Shown: piece after piece, positions 18,806 through 28,719 of the stretch
How the letters are laid out: each line of letters starts with the position of its first letter
Position numbering within the stretch: the stretch's first letter is position 1
DNA from: Nitrospirota bacterium
GTDB lineage: Bacteria > Nitrospirota > UBA9217
NCBI GenBank assembly: GCA_963751455.1
Contig: CAVVUN010000001.1
Location: 128,001 to 192,000, forward strand
DNA length: 64,000 nt
Reading direction: 5' to 3'
Made by a program: the position numbers and the translations under genes
Notes under the pieces: model-generated
What the model saw: the letters and a program-made list of their open reading frames with translations, nothing else
Told to the model about the DNA's origin: nothing
The model's database searches: none

Positions 18806-19318
18806 TTATTGCGGCAACCATGTCTTAATGCTTCTCGTCAATTCCTGTTCATTGCTGATTTCGCCGTAGAAAACGTCTTTTACGGTTCCATCTTCGCCGA
18901 TAAGAAAAGTCATCGGCAGGAATCGAACACCGTACAGTTCTGAGACCTTGCCTTTGCCGTCGCTCAGAACGAGTGGCTTATCAACCCTCAATTCCCGGAG
19001 CAATTCACTGATTTGACCAAAGTTCTCCTTGACACCGATTATGACCACGGTGATGCCTTTTTTTTGAAGGTCATCAACCAGGGAATTGATCAGCGGCAAC
19101 TCTGCTCGGCAAGGAGCGCACCAGGAAGCAAAAAAACTAAGGAGGAGGCCATGTCCGCTCCTGGTTCGGTTCGGGCCTGCATACTCGCTCAAGATAAAAT
19201 CGTTGCCCGCATTGTCCTTGATTGAAAAAAAGGGTGCGCTGTCATGTCGCCTCACAGCGCCGAATGCGGAAGAAACAATCAAGGCAGGCAGCAACACAAT
19301 CAGGATAACTGTTTTCAT
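18806..19318 (-). CDS. TlpA/ResA-family thiol-disulfide oxidoreductase
   Basis: Signal anchor; FFASWCAPCRAELP; YGVRFLPMTFLI. Confidence 0.85.
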   Translation of the reverse strand: MKTVILIVLLPALIVSSAFGAVRRHDSAPFFSIKDNAGNDFILSEYAGPNRTRSGHGLLLSFFASWCAPCRAELPLINSLVDDLQKKGITVVIIGVKENFGQISELLRELRVDKPLVLSDGKGKVSELYGVRFLPMTFLIGEDGTVKDVFYGEISNEQELTRSIKTWLPQ

Positions 19319-19329
19319 CTTTTCCGTTC

Positions 19330-20526
19330 TTACAGGATGACCAGATCGTCGCGGTGTATCACCTCGTCGTAGTCCTTGTGTCCCAGCACGGCTGCTATTT
19401 GCGAGGTCTTGAGTCCCTTGATCAGGTCAAGGTCCTGTGAAGAATATTTAACCAGCCCCCGGGCAAAGGCGCGCCCGGTACCGTCAATACAGGTGACGCA
19501 GTCACCGACCTTGAACGTTCCTTCGATCTTTACAATGCCGCCCGGCAGCAGGCTCTTGCCTTTGCTGATCAAGGCCTCACGCCCGCCATCGTCTACGACG
19601 ACCCTGCCGCTCGCACTAACCGCATACGCTATCCAGTGTTTTCTGCTGTCCTGCTTCTCCGACCGGGGAAGAAACAGGGTCCCCACTTCACGGCCTTCGA
19701 ATAAAGCCCTGAGGTTTCCCGCCTTCTTTCCGTTCATTATGACGACGGGCGCTCCATAGGCACCGACCTTGCGTGCGGTCATGATCTTGGAGCGCATGCC
19801 GCCGGTACCTACGGTCGACCGGGTGTCGCCTGCTCCGCGTTCCATATCCGCGGTGATCTTCTCAACGATCGGGATAAATTCAGCGGACGGTTGCTGTTTC
19901 GGATCGGCGGTATACAGTCCGTCGATATCGGAAAGGATTACCAGCAGATCGGCGTCCGCAAGATGGACTACCATGCCGGACAGATTGTCGTTGTCTCCGA
20001 ACTTGATCTCATCGACCGCCACCGTGTCATTTTCATTGATGATCGGCACTACCCGGTATTCCAGAAGGGTATGAAGCGTGTTTCTCGCGTTCAGAAACCG
20101 TGTGCGGTTCGAAAGATCTTCACGGGTCAGCAGCACTTGTGCCACTTTCCGGCCGTGCGCCCCGAACGTCTTTTCATACATCCACATGAGACTCGACTGA
20201 CCTATTGCCGCAGCCGCCTGCTTGAGCGAAAGGGGCATTCCCTTCTTTTTCGCGATACCGAGCTTCGCCAGGCCTGCAGCAATGGCTCCGGAAGAGACCA
20301 GAATCACCTCGCGTCCCTGATCGAGAAGCTCGGCAATTTCGGCGGCAAGCTGCTCAACGCGTGCATGATTGATCCCTCTCTCGGACGACGCCAGTACCGC
20401 GCTGCCGACTTTGATCACGATCCTTCGTTTTTTCGAGAAGAGTGATTTCGATCGATCGTCAAGTTTTTTTTCATAGTGAAAATTGCTTTTGATCAGATGA
20501 TGAAAACAATTATGTTCGGGAAGCAT
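19330..20526 (-). CDS. proB: Glutamate 5-kinase with PUA domain (true start may be slightly downstream)
   Basis: IVIKVGS, VSSGAIAAG, PIINENDTV, FGDND.LS, GTGGMRSK; C-terminal PUA domain. Confidence 0.97.
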   Translation of the reverse strand: MLPEHNCFHHLIKSNFHYEKKLDDRSKSLFSKKRRIVIKVGSAVLASSERGINHARVEQLAAEIAELLDQGREVILVSSGAIAAGLAKLGIAKKKGMPLSLKQAAAAIGQSSLMWMYEKTFGAHGRKVAQVLLTREDLSNRTRFLNARNTLHTLLEYRVVPIINENDTVAVDEIKFGDNDNLSGMVVHLADADLLVILSDIDGLYTADPKQQPSAEFIPIVEKITADMERGAGDTRSTVGTGGMRSKIMTARKVGAYGAPVVIMNGKKAGNLRALFEGREVGTLFLPRSEKQDSRKHWIAYAVSASGRVVVDDGGREALISKGKSLLPGGIVKIEGTFKVGDCVTCIDGTGRAFARGLVKYSSQDLDLIKGLKTSQIAAVLGHKDYDEVIHRDDLVIL

Positions 20527-20578
20527 ATCCTCCTGGGCTGATGATCCGGCCTGACTTCTTCGTTAATTCACAGCCCTC

Positions 20579-21650
20579 TCAGAGATTTAATAAAACCGCC
20601 TCCCACTCCTCGTTCTCAAGCACCTTCAGTTCCACCCTAAGCGCCCAGATCCCGCCGGGCTTCAGATTCCTGAGACGTACACCGTCTTTTTCGGTCGTCA
20701 CGATCATGCTGATCTTCTCGTGCGAGGCCCGGTCCCGATTGCAGCAAGGTCCGACTTATTATATGCGTAATGGTCCGGAAACCGGATATCGGCCTTTACT
20801 TCCGCTCCCAGCGCTCGAAGAATCGAGATGAATGATTCATGACGCGCAATTCCCGAAAACACCAGAACGCTGACGCCGTGAAGCGTGAGAGGGGCCTCTG
20901 CTCTCCGGTTTCGAGATCGATCAGATCAACAGGCACCAGCCGTGAAGTAAATATGCGGGCTCCCGTATGCCGGCTGATCGCTTTCCTGAGCGCGGGGAGA
21001 TCAGCTGCCCGGTCAGCATGCGTAATAACAACAACATCGGCGCGTCGAAGAGCCGAAAGCGGTTCCCGCAGGATTCCCGCGGGAAACAGTTTGCCGTTTC
21101 CAAAGGGGTCAACGGCATCGACCAGCACGATATCGAGATCGCGCGCCAGCCGGATATGCTGAAATCCGTCGTCCAGAATGACCGTGTCATTTCGAAATTT
21201 TTCATGGGCGTACTGCGCGGCCTGCAGCCGGTCACTTGCCGCTACAACCGGAACGCCAAGCACTTTCGAACCGATCAGCACGGGCTCATCTCCTCCCGTA
21301 CCCGGATCAGCAAGAACCATTTTCCCGTCCGAAACCACGGTCAGAACATTTTCGTCCCTGCGCCCGTAGCCCCTGCTCACGACAGCCGGATGCCTCTCAT
21401 GCGTCAGCAGCACGCGGGCGATCTGCATGACTGCCGGTGTCTTGCCGGTTCCGCCCACCGTTATATTGCCGACGGAAATCACGGATTGCTTAAGCTTTAC
21501 CTGCTTTATAATACCCAACCTGTACAAGCCATGCCGCAGGCGTATGATTTGTTCGTAGAATATCGAGACAAACTTCAGTAAAGAACCCGCAAACAAGGAT
21601 CTTTTTCTTCCGTACATCACTTCTTCAAGATCACTTTTTCTCATTATCAC
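20579..21650 (-). CDS. lpxK: Tetraacyldisaccharide 4'-kinase; frameshifts in the 3' third
   Basis: SVGNITVGGTGKTP, VSRGYG, GDEP, ILDDGFQH, PAGILREP; C-terminal IVTTEKDGVRL in another frame ending at TGA 20579. Confidence 0.9.
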
Positions 21651-22902
21651 CGATCAGCCTGCTGACCGCGTCAATGGTTCTTGCAGCCGCCCCGGAATTC
21701 GCCTCGATCACGGCAAAGGCGCGGCTTCCAATAAGCTGCGCATATTTCTTATCCGACAGGAGTTTGTCAACCTTTATATAAAGTTCTTCTTTATCTTTGA
21801 CCAGAATTCCCCCTCCGGCAAAAATAAGGGCCTCAGATATTTCTTTAAAATTGAACATGTAACGGCTGAAAATTACGGGTTTTTTCATCGCTGCCGGCTC
21901 AAGCAAATTGTGGCCTCCCACTTTGACAAGGCTGCCTCCCACAAAAGCGATATCACAGATGCCGTAGAATGAACGAAGTTCCCCGATCGTATCGAGCAGA
22001 AGTACATCTTTTATGGGGCCGCCAGGTCTTGTCCTTCTCTGGCATTCATACCCGGCCTTGTTTATCAGTCCCTCTACCTCGTCGAACCGCTCGGGATGAC
22101 GCGGAGCGATAATGAGCACCAACTCGGGGTATTTCTCTCTCAACCTTCGGAATACGGTCAATAAAGCCGCTTCCTCGCCGCGATGCGTGCTCCCTGCGGT
22201 GATGACCTTGCTGTTCGGCGCAAGGGATACAGTGCTCGTCGGGATACCGTGGATCTTCAGATCGAATTTCAGATTCCCGGTCACAATTACGCGGTCCGGA
22301 TCAGCGCCGATGGCTTTGATCCTGACGGCGTCTTCGTCCGATTGCATGCAAAACAGCGTCACGTTGGAGAATACCAGCCTGAAGAACCTTCGCAGTTTCA
22401 TGTAATTGTTAAAGGAAGGAGGAGATATCCTGCCGTTTATTACCGCCGAAGGAATCCCTTCCCGGCTGAGCGCCCGGAAAAAATTGGGCCAGAGTTCCGT
22501 TTCCGCCACGAGGACGATGATCGGATTTATTTTCCGTATGACCCTGCGAACAATCCAGGGATAATCAAACGGAAAAAAGAAAACGACATCTGCCTCGGGC
22601 ACCCGCTGCCGCGCCGTATAATTCCCCGTTACCGTTACCGTTGAAAGAATCAGTTTTCTGGTTGGATATTTTTTCCTGAGTTCGCGGATGAGAGGATGCG
22701 CGGCCATGACTTCACCCACCGAAACGGCATGGATCCATATCGGCCTGGTATCGCGAATGACCTTTTTGAGCCGCTTGCGCACCCGGCCCAGCTTCTGGGT
22801 TATTCCGCCCCGGTACTTCGGCACGGTGATCATTTTAAAGAGAATGACCGGAGAGAAGAACACCGTAGCCAGAACTAAAACCAGGTTGTAAAGAATATAC
22901 AT
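21631..22902 (-). CDS. waaA: 3-deoxy-D-manno-octulosonic acid (Kdo) transferase
   Basis: WIHAVSVGE, ETELWPN, GNLKFD, AGSTHRGEE, APRHPERF, GGHNLLEPA. Confidence 0.95.
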   Translation of the reverse strand: MYILYNLVLVLATVFFSPVILFKMITVPKYRGGITQKLGRVRKRLKKVIRDTRPIWIHAVSVGEVMAAHPLIRELRKKYPTRKLILSTVTVTGNYTARQRVPEADVVFFFPFDYPWIVRRVIRKINPIIVLVAETELWPNFFRALSREGIPSAVINGRISPPSFNNYMKLRRFFRLVFSNVTLFCMQSDEDAVRIKAIGADPDRVIVTGNLKFDLKIHGIPTSTVSLAPNSKVITAGSTHRGEEAALLTVFRRLREKYPELVLIIAPRHPERFDEVEGLINKAGYECQRRTRPGGPIKDVLLLDTIGELRSFYGICDIAFVGGSLVKVGGHNLLEPAAMKKPVIFSRYMFNFKEISEALIFAGGGILVKDKEELYIKVDKLLSDKKYAQLIGSRAFAVIEANSGAAARTIDAVSRLIGDNEKK

Positions 22903-22907
22903 TCAAA

Positions 22908-23564
22908 TCACCCTTTCGAGCCATTCTCCAGAAAATAATTATCGGCCTCTTTAGAAACGCGGTTCAGGGCATCGGCCAGTTCCCGGCGCTTGAGTTCGAG
23001 CTCTTCCTCCCCGGTTCCCTTTACAATAATCGGTTCGCCGTATACCACAACGCCTTTCGTGAACGGCGACGGGAGAAGATACTTATCCCATATCTTTTCC
23101 AGGATCCAGAACCGCTTTGCGCTGGACGATAGCGGAACAATCACCTTATCCAGCTTTCCGGACAGGTAGGTAACGCCCTGTTTCACCTCGTAGACCGGTC
23201 CCCGGGGGCCGTCAACAGCCAAAGCGATCGTTTTTCCCTTCCTGAGCGCATCCACAAGGCCCAGCAGCGCGCGGTCCCCTTTCCTCTTGCTCGATCCACG
23301 CACCACTTCGAATCCGAACCGCTTGAGGATCCTGGCCTGGATTTCGCCGTCGCGGCTTTCGCTCGACGGAATGACCATGCCGCTGTTCCGGTGTTTCTGC
23401 AGCAGCAGGAACTGCCTTCCGTGCCAGAAGGCGTAAATGATATTTTTGCCTTCCGCTTTCAGCTTTTCAGGTATTTCCCGGTTCACGAATGCCGTTCGTA
23501 CCGATCCACCCCAGAGTGAAATCAATATCCACCCGATAAAGGACAATAATTTAGCCCTGATCAT
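22908..23564 (-). CDS. DUF374 lysophospholipid acyltransferase family (LpxJ-like)
   Basis: IYAFWHG, S.SRDGE, VRGSS..G, AVDGPRGP, WDKYLLP.PF; lies within the lipid A operon. Confidence 0.8.
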   Translation of the reverse strand: MIRAKLLSFIGWILISLWGGSVRTAFVNREIPEKLKAEGKNIIYAFWHGRQFLLLQKHRNSGMVIPSSESRDGEIQARILKRFGFEVVRGSSKRKGDRALLGLVDALRKGKTIALAVDGPRGPVYEVKQGVTYLSGKLDKVIVPLSSSAKRFWILEKIWDKYLLPSPFTKGVVVYGEPIIVKGTGEEELELKRRELADALNRVSKEADNYFLENGSKG

Positions 23565-25303
23565 TGCACCGCCCTAGCCGTCGTTTCTTCCCGGAACTGC
23601 CGATCGTACAGGTTTTTGTAGTCACCGCCGTTACTCAGCAGCTCTTCGTGATTGCCCTGTTCCACAATCCTGCCTGCTTTCAGCACGATGATCCGGTCTG
23701 CATTCATGATGGTCGAAAGCCGGTGCGCAATAACAAAGCTGGTTCTGCCCTTCATAAGGGTATCAAGCGCGTTCTGCACTTCCCGCTCGGACTCCGTATC
23801 GAGCGATGAAGTCGCTTCATCGAGAATCAGGATCGGCGCGTTTTTGAGCAGCGCCCTGGCAATTGAGAGGCGCTGCCGCTGGCCACCCGAAAGCCTGACG
23901 CCTCCCTCCCCTATCACCGTATCATATCCCATCGGGAAGGAGCGTATGAAGGAATCTGCCTGCGCCGCCTGCGCCGCCTGGACGATTTTTTCGAACGTGC
24001 ATGCAGTATCGCCATACGCGATATTGCTTCGGACTGTATCATTGAAAAGGATCGTCTGTTGGGTGACGATCGCTATCTGAGACCGAAGCGATGCCGTTGC
24101 AGCCCGGCGGATATCAACGCCTTCGACGAGAATGGACCCGCCGGTGACGTCATAAAACCGCGGGATGAGATTCACCAGCGTGGTCTTCCCCCCGCCGCTC
24201 TGCCCCACGATGGCGATCGTTTCACCTGCCCGTACCGTGAGGTTTACCTCTTTAAGTACAAGATCGTTTTCATATTGGAACGAAACGTTTTTGAACTCGA
24301 TCGTTTTAAAATCGCGGGGCAGCAAGGCAGCTCCGGGCATGTCCCGGATCTCGGGCTGTGTATCAATGACTTCAAATATTCTTCGTGCAGCGGCTATTCC
24401 GTCTTGAATGACGCTGTTCACGCCGTTTAACTCCTTGAGCGGCCGATAGAAAAATACGAGCGCCATGGAAAAAGAACCGAAGTCGCCGACCGTCATGGAA
24501 CCCCGAATGACCGAATAGCCGCCGAACCCGACCACGAGTGATGTTCCGATGATGCTGATCAGTTCCGTAACCGGGTGTGAGACGGCCGTTGTTTTGATTG
24601 CCCGCATAAGAGAATTAAAGAGGTCGCGATTGCGCGCTGCGAACCTCCGGCTTTCATATTCCTCCATGCCGAAGGCCTTCACGATCCGGACGCCGGCAAT
24701 CGTTTCATGCAGGTGTGTTGTCAATTGGCCGAGCTGCTCCTGCATGGTGGTGCTTGTTTTTCTGAGCCGTCTGCTGAATTTGGCCAGGGCGAGGCCCGCC
24801 AGAGGCAGGGCAACGAACGAGAGCAGGGCAAGCCGCCAGTTGAGGTACAGGATGAGCCCGAGCAGGCCGGCCATCGTGGCGAGTCCCTGCACAACGCTCG
24901 CAGGCACCCGGGTGAGCGCACCCTGCACCAGGTTCACGTCGTTCATGATTCTCGAGACAATGACCCCGGTCGGAGTCCTGGCAAAATATGAAAACGAAAG
25001 CGACTGCACGTGCGCATACAGCTGGTCACGAATATTGTTGACCACTTTCTGCCCGACATAGCCCATCAGATAGTCCTTGGCATACGACGTGATGCCTTTG
25101 ATGATGCTGATGACGATCAACGCAGGAGGGACGAGGTAAAGAAGGGTCTTGTTCTTGTTTACGAAGACGTCGTCGAGTACATGCTTGACGAGGTATGTCT
25201 GCGCCGAGATCATGGCGCTCGTGAACCCCATGAAGAGCGCAGCCCATATCAGCCGCATCTTGTAGGGCTTCAGATATATCAGCAATCTTTTATAAATATC
25301 CAT
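23561..25303 (-). CDS. msbA: Lipid A export ABC transporter (permease/ATPase)
   Basis: TM domain plus Walker A GQSGGGKTT, LSGGQRQR, ILDEATS; next to lpxB and waaA. Confidence 0.9.
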   Translation of the reverse strand: MDIYKRLLIYLKPYKMRLIWAALFMGFTSAMISAQTYLVKHVLDDVFVNKNKTLLYLVPPALIVISIIKGITSYAKDYLMGYVGQKVVNNIRDQLYAHVQSLSFSYFARTPTGVIVSRIMNDVNLVQGALTRVPASVVQGLATMAGLLGLILYLNWRLALLSFVALPLAGLALAKFSRRLRKTSTTMQEQLGQLTTHLHETIAGVRIVKAFGMEEYESRRFAARNRDLFNSLMRAIKTTAVSHPVTELISIIGTSLVVGFGGYSVIRGSMTVGDFGSFSMALVFFYRPLKELNGVNSVIQDGIAAARRIFEVIDTQPEIRDMPGAALLPRDFKTIEFKNVSFQYENDLVLKEVNLTVRAGETIAIVGQSGGGKTTLVNLIPRFYDVTGGSILVEGVDIRRAATASLRSQIAIVTQQTILFNDTVRSNIAYGDTACTFEKIVQAAQAAQADSFIRSFPMGYDTVIGEGGVRLSGGQRQRLSIARALLKNAPILILDEATSSLDTESEREVQNALDTLMKGRTSFVIAHRLSTIMNADRIIVLKAGRIVEQGNHEELLSNGGDYKNLYDRQFREETTARAVQ

Positions 25304-25309
25304 CGTCTG

Positions 25310-26449
25310 CTATGCGCCTTGTATGAATTCCATGACAACGTCGGCCGCCTTCGAAGACGCGCCGCCTTCTCCGAGCAGGGACCGCAGTTTCAGTAAACCG
25401 TCCTTTACTTCCCGGTGCCGGACGGGCTGATCCAGCAGGTCTGATATGTGTTCCGCTATCTTCTCCGGAGTCACGTCATTCTGTATCAGTTCAGGAACGA
25501 CCCGCCGGTTTGACACGATGTTCACGAGACCGACATGCTTGACGCCACTCACCAATTTGGTAAGGAGATAATAGGTCACGGCCGAAATGCGATATATGAT
25601 CACCATGGGCACCGCCATGAGCCCTGTCTCCAAAGTCGCCGTTCCGGACGTCACAATCGCCGCATCCGAGGCTCGCAGCACATCGTATACCCTTCCATCC
25701 ACGCTTTGCACCGGAACGCGGGAATGCTCAATATAAGCCTGCACGAAGTTCCGGTCAAGCGTCGGCGCGACCGGGAGAACAAACTGGAGGTCCGGGTGCC
25801 GTGACAAAAGCAGCAGCGCCGCGCCCAGCATGTCGGGAAGAAGATTGGCTATCTCGCCCTTTCTGCTTCCGGGCAGGAGGGCTATCGTACGGCGATTGGC
25901 GTCGAGACCGAGGGCCCGTCGCGCTTCCTCCTGGTTCAGGTCGGACTGAACGATATCCGCCAAAGGATGGCCCACGAAACGTACATCCACGCCGACCGCT
26001 TTATAAAGCGGCACCTCGAAGGGAAAAACCACGATCATGGCCTTGACGAGACCGGCTATGGTTTTGATTCGTCCTTTCCGCCATACCCATACCTGCGGAC
26101 TGATATAGTACAGGACGGGAATCCCGAGTTTGCGGGCCGCCTTTCCCAGCTTTATGTTGAAATCGGGAAAATCGATAAGCACAAGCAACTGGGGACGTTC
26201 GTTTTTCAGGAACTGCCTGAGCCTGGCAAATACACGATAGATCGGGCGGATGTGTGTGAGCACTTCGGTTATTCCCACTACCGATATTTCCGAGGCGTCA
26301 GCCAGCATGTGCACGCCGGCCTCCTTCATCCGCCTGCTGCCGACACCGTAAATTGTGATGTCGTTGTCGCGTTTACGGATTTCCCGGGCCAGATTGGCGC
26401 CATGCAGGTCGCCTGAGGCCTCACCGGACATGATCATGATTTTCTTCAT
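25310..26449 (-). CDS. lpxB: Lipid-A-disaccharide synthase
   Basis: GEASGDLHG, IDFPDFN, YYISPQVWVWR, FVGHPL, LLPGSR, SGTATLE. Confidence 0.97.
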   Translation of the reverse strand: MKKIMIMSGEASGDLHGANLAREIRKRDNDITIYGVGSRRMKEAGVHMLADASEISVVGITEVLTHIRPIYRVFARLRQFLKNERPQLLVLIDFPDFNIKLGKAARKLGIPVLYYISPQVWVWRKGRIKTIAGLVKAMIVVFPFEVPLYKAVGVDVRFVGHPLADIVQSDLNQEEARRALGLDANRRTIALLPGSRKGEIANLLPDMLGAALLLLSRHPDLQFVLPVAPTLDRNFVQAYIEHSRVPVQSVDGRVYDVLRASDAAIVTSGTATLETGLMAVPMVIIYRISAVTYYLLTKLVSGVKHVGLVNIVSNRRVVPELIQNDVTPEKIAEHISDLLDQPVRHREVKDGLLKLRSLLGEGGASSKAADVVMEFIQGA

Positions 26450-26499
26450 CGTTTTGGACCACGCGGCAGCCCTGGTGGCCTTCCCGGATAAAACCCTAT

Positions 26500-27600
26500 T
26501 TATAGCGCTTTTTTCACTGCCTCGGCAACCTGCATGATCTGCGGTTCGGTCAACTCAGGAAACATCGGAAGCGAGAGCACCTCGGCTGCGGCCTGTTCTG
26601 CTTTCGGCAGACTGCCTTTTTTCATACCAATTCCGGAATATGCTTTCTGGAGGTGCAGCGGCACCGGATAATAAATCATCGACGAAGTCACGTTGCCGGC
26701 ATCCAGCTTCTGCTTGACAGCGTCCCGGTTCGCGATCCTTATCGTATACTGATGATACACATGCTTTGCGTCCTTCTGTTCTGAAGGCGCGCTGATGCCG
26801 GGGACGTTCAGGTATTTTTTATACAGTGAAGCATTGTTCCTGCGTCTTTCGTTATAGGCGTCGATATGCCGGAATTTAATCCGGAGTACGGCTGCCTGGA
26901 CCTCGTCGAGCCTGCTGTTGAAACCGATCTCATCGTGATAATAGCGCACACGACTGCCGTGGTTCCGCAGCTTAGCCATATGATCAGCAAGGTTTGTATC
27001 GTCCGTGATAACCATGCCCCCGTCCCCATAACAACCGAGATTTTTACTCGGGAAGAAGCTGAAACATCCCACATCTCCGAAGACTCCGGTCTTCTTTCCC
27101 TTGTATTCCGCACCGAAGGACTGAGCGCAGTCCTCGATCACCTTGAGACCGTGGTTCCCGGCTATGCGCATGAGTTCGTCCATCTTCAACGGTTGACCGT
27201 ACAGGTGAACGGGTATGATCGCCTTTGTCTTTTTGGTAAGAGCAGGCTCTATCTGCGCAATATCCATGTTGAACGTTTCAGGATCGATATCAACGAATAC
27301 AGGCCTGGCTCCGACATATGATATTGCTTCAGCCGTTGCAATGAACGTAAATGGTGTGGTGATAACCTCGTCGCCCGGTTTAAGCCCGGCCGCGATCAGC
27401 GCAAGATGGAGCGCGTCTGTTCCCGACGCTACGGACAAAGCGTGCTTTGTCCCGTGATATTTTGCCACTTCCTCTTCGAGCGCTTTGCCCTGGGGCCCGA
27501 GAATAAAATTGGTGCTGCGAATAACTCCGAGAACAGCGTTGTCAATTTCCTCTTTGATCGCTTCGTATTGTATCTTGAGATCTACCATGGGAACCGGCAT
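26500..27600 (-). CDS. gnnB: DegT/DnrJ/EryC1/StrS aminotransferase, positional GnnB (UDP-3-keto-GlcNAc transaminase)
   Basis: SGTDAL, PFTFIAT, EDCAQ, SFFPSKNLG.YGDGG; paired with a Gfo/Idh/MocA gene between lpxA/lpxI and lpxB. Confidence 0.75.
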   Translation of the reverse strand: MPVPMVDLKIQYEAIKEEIDNAVLGVIRSTNFILGPQGKALEEEVAKYHGTKHALSVASGTDALHLALIAAGLKPGDEVITTPFTFIATAEAISYVGARPVFVDIDPETFNMDIAQIEPALTKKTKAIIPVHLYGQPLKMDELMRIAGNHGLKVIEDCAQSFGAEYKGKKTGVFGDVGCFSFFPSKNLGCYGDGGMVITDDTNLADHMAKLRNHGSRVRYYHDEIGFNSRLDEVQAAVLRIKFRHIDAYNERRRNNASLYKKYLNVPGISAPSEQKDAKHVYHQYTIRIANRDAVKQKLDAGNVTSSMIYYPVPLHLQKAYSGIGMKKGSLPKAEQAAAEVLSLPMFPELTEPQIMQVAEAVKKAL

Positions 27601-27762
27601 GCGTGTCTTATTCTCCTCAATTTATAATTTTTATTGTGCTGGTGACCGTTCGAAACGGATATTTGAATGACCCATCGGGTTGCCGCCGAAACTCAAACGC
27701 TTTATTATAGTCAACGGCTGCCGCCCGAAAAGCATGACGGGACAAATCGAGTGGTCGAATTT

Positions 27763-28719
27763 CTAACTCTTCGATATAGGAACAAATGCCGTTGTCCCGT
27801 TTCTGATATTTTCGGATATAGTTTGTGCAAGCGCCAGGGCACTCCTGGCTTCGATGCCCGATACGAGCGGCTGTCTGCCGGTTTGAATGCTGTTGACAAA
27901 AGCGCAGATCTCTTTGTGCAGCGTGTCGCACCGTTCAGCAGATATATCGGTTCCCACGAGCTCCGGGACGCCGTTTCCGCTCTTCCGGGATACGGTTGCT
28001 TTCTGGGTTTGATAATCCGAGGTATAAACGTTCTCTCCGTCAAGCACCCGGAGCAGCCGTTTTTTTTCGTCCGATATCCTGCTGGCAGTCACATCCGCGA
28101 TGCAGCCGTTTTCGAACAGGATCCGTGCTGTCGCGAGATCTATTTCTCCCGTAATGACGGCCGCACCGGCAGCGCTCACTTGTTTCGGCAGGGATCCGGC
28201 GAGGTCGGCGACGATATCGAGGTCGTGGATCATGAGGTCAAGTATGACGTTTACGTCCGTACACCGGACCGTGAAAGGCGCAGCGCGCTCGCTGGTCATG
28301 TACCTCGGCGCTTTCAGCATTGATTTGACCGCCGTGAGGGCGGGGTTGAAGCGTTCAATATGACCTACTTGAAGGACCGTTCCCTTGTTCCCCGCCATGG
28401 CAATAAGTTCATCGGCTTGTTCGAGGGTAACCGTAATGGGCTTCTCCAGAAAAACGTGAACGCCCTCCTCCATGAACCTTTTGGCAACATCATAATGATG
28501 CTTCGTGGGCACGACGATGTTGACGGCGTCTACAAGACCGAGGAGCTGAGCCGGTTGAGAGAACTGCCGCGTATTCAGACTTTTTGCGACAAGCGAGGCC
28601 CGCTCCGGTTCTACATCAACGATGCCAACCAGTTCGACGCCCGGGATGGTCGCGTATTTTTCGGCGTGAAACCTGCCCAGGTAGCCGACGCCTATGACGC
28701 CGACTCTCACTTTTTTCAT
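27763..28719 (-). CDS. gnnA: Gfo/Idh/MocA oxidoreductase, positional GnnA (UDP-GlcNAc 3-dehydrogenase)
   Basis: GVIGVGYLG.FHA, LEKP, QVGHIERFNPA, DLMIHDLD, ASRIS. Confidence 0.75.
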   Translation of the reverse strand: MKKVRVGVIGVGYLGRFHAEKYATIPGVELVGIVDVEPERASLVAKSLNTRQFSQPAQLLGLVDAVNIVVPTKHHYDVAKRFMEEGVHVFLEKPITVTLEQADELIAMAGNKGTVLQVGHIERFNPALTAVKSMLKAPRYMTSERAAPFTVRCTDVNVILDLMIHDLDIVADLAGSLPKQVSAAGAAVITGEIDLATARILFENGCIADVTASRISDEKKRLLRVLDGENVYTSDYQTQKATVSRKSGNGVPELVGTDISAERCDTLHKEICAFVNSIQTGRQPLVSGIEARSALALAQTISENIRNGTTAFVPISKS

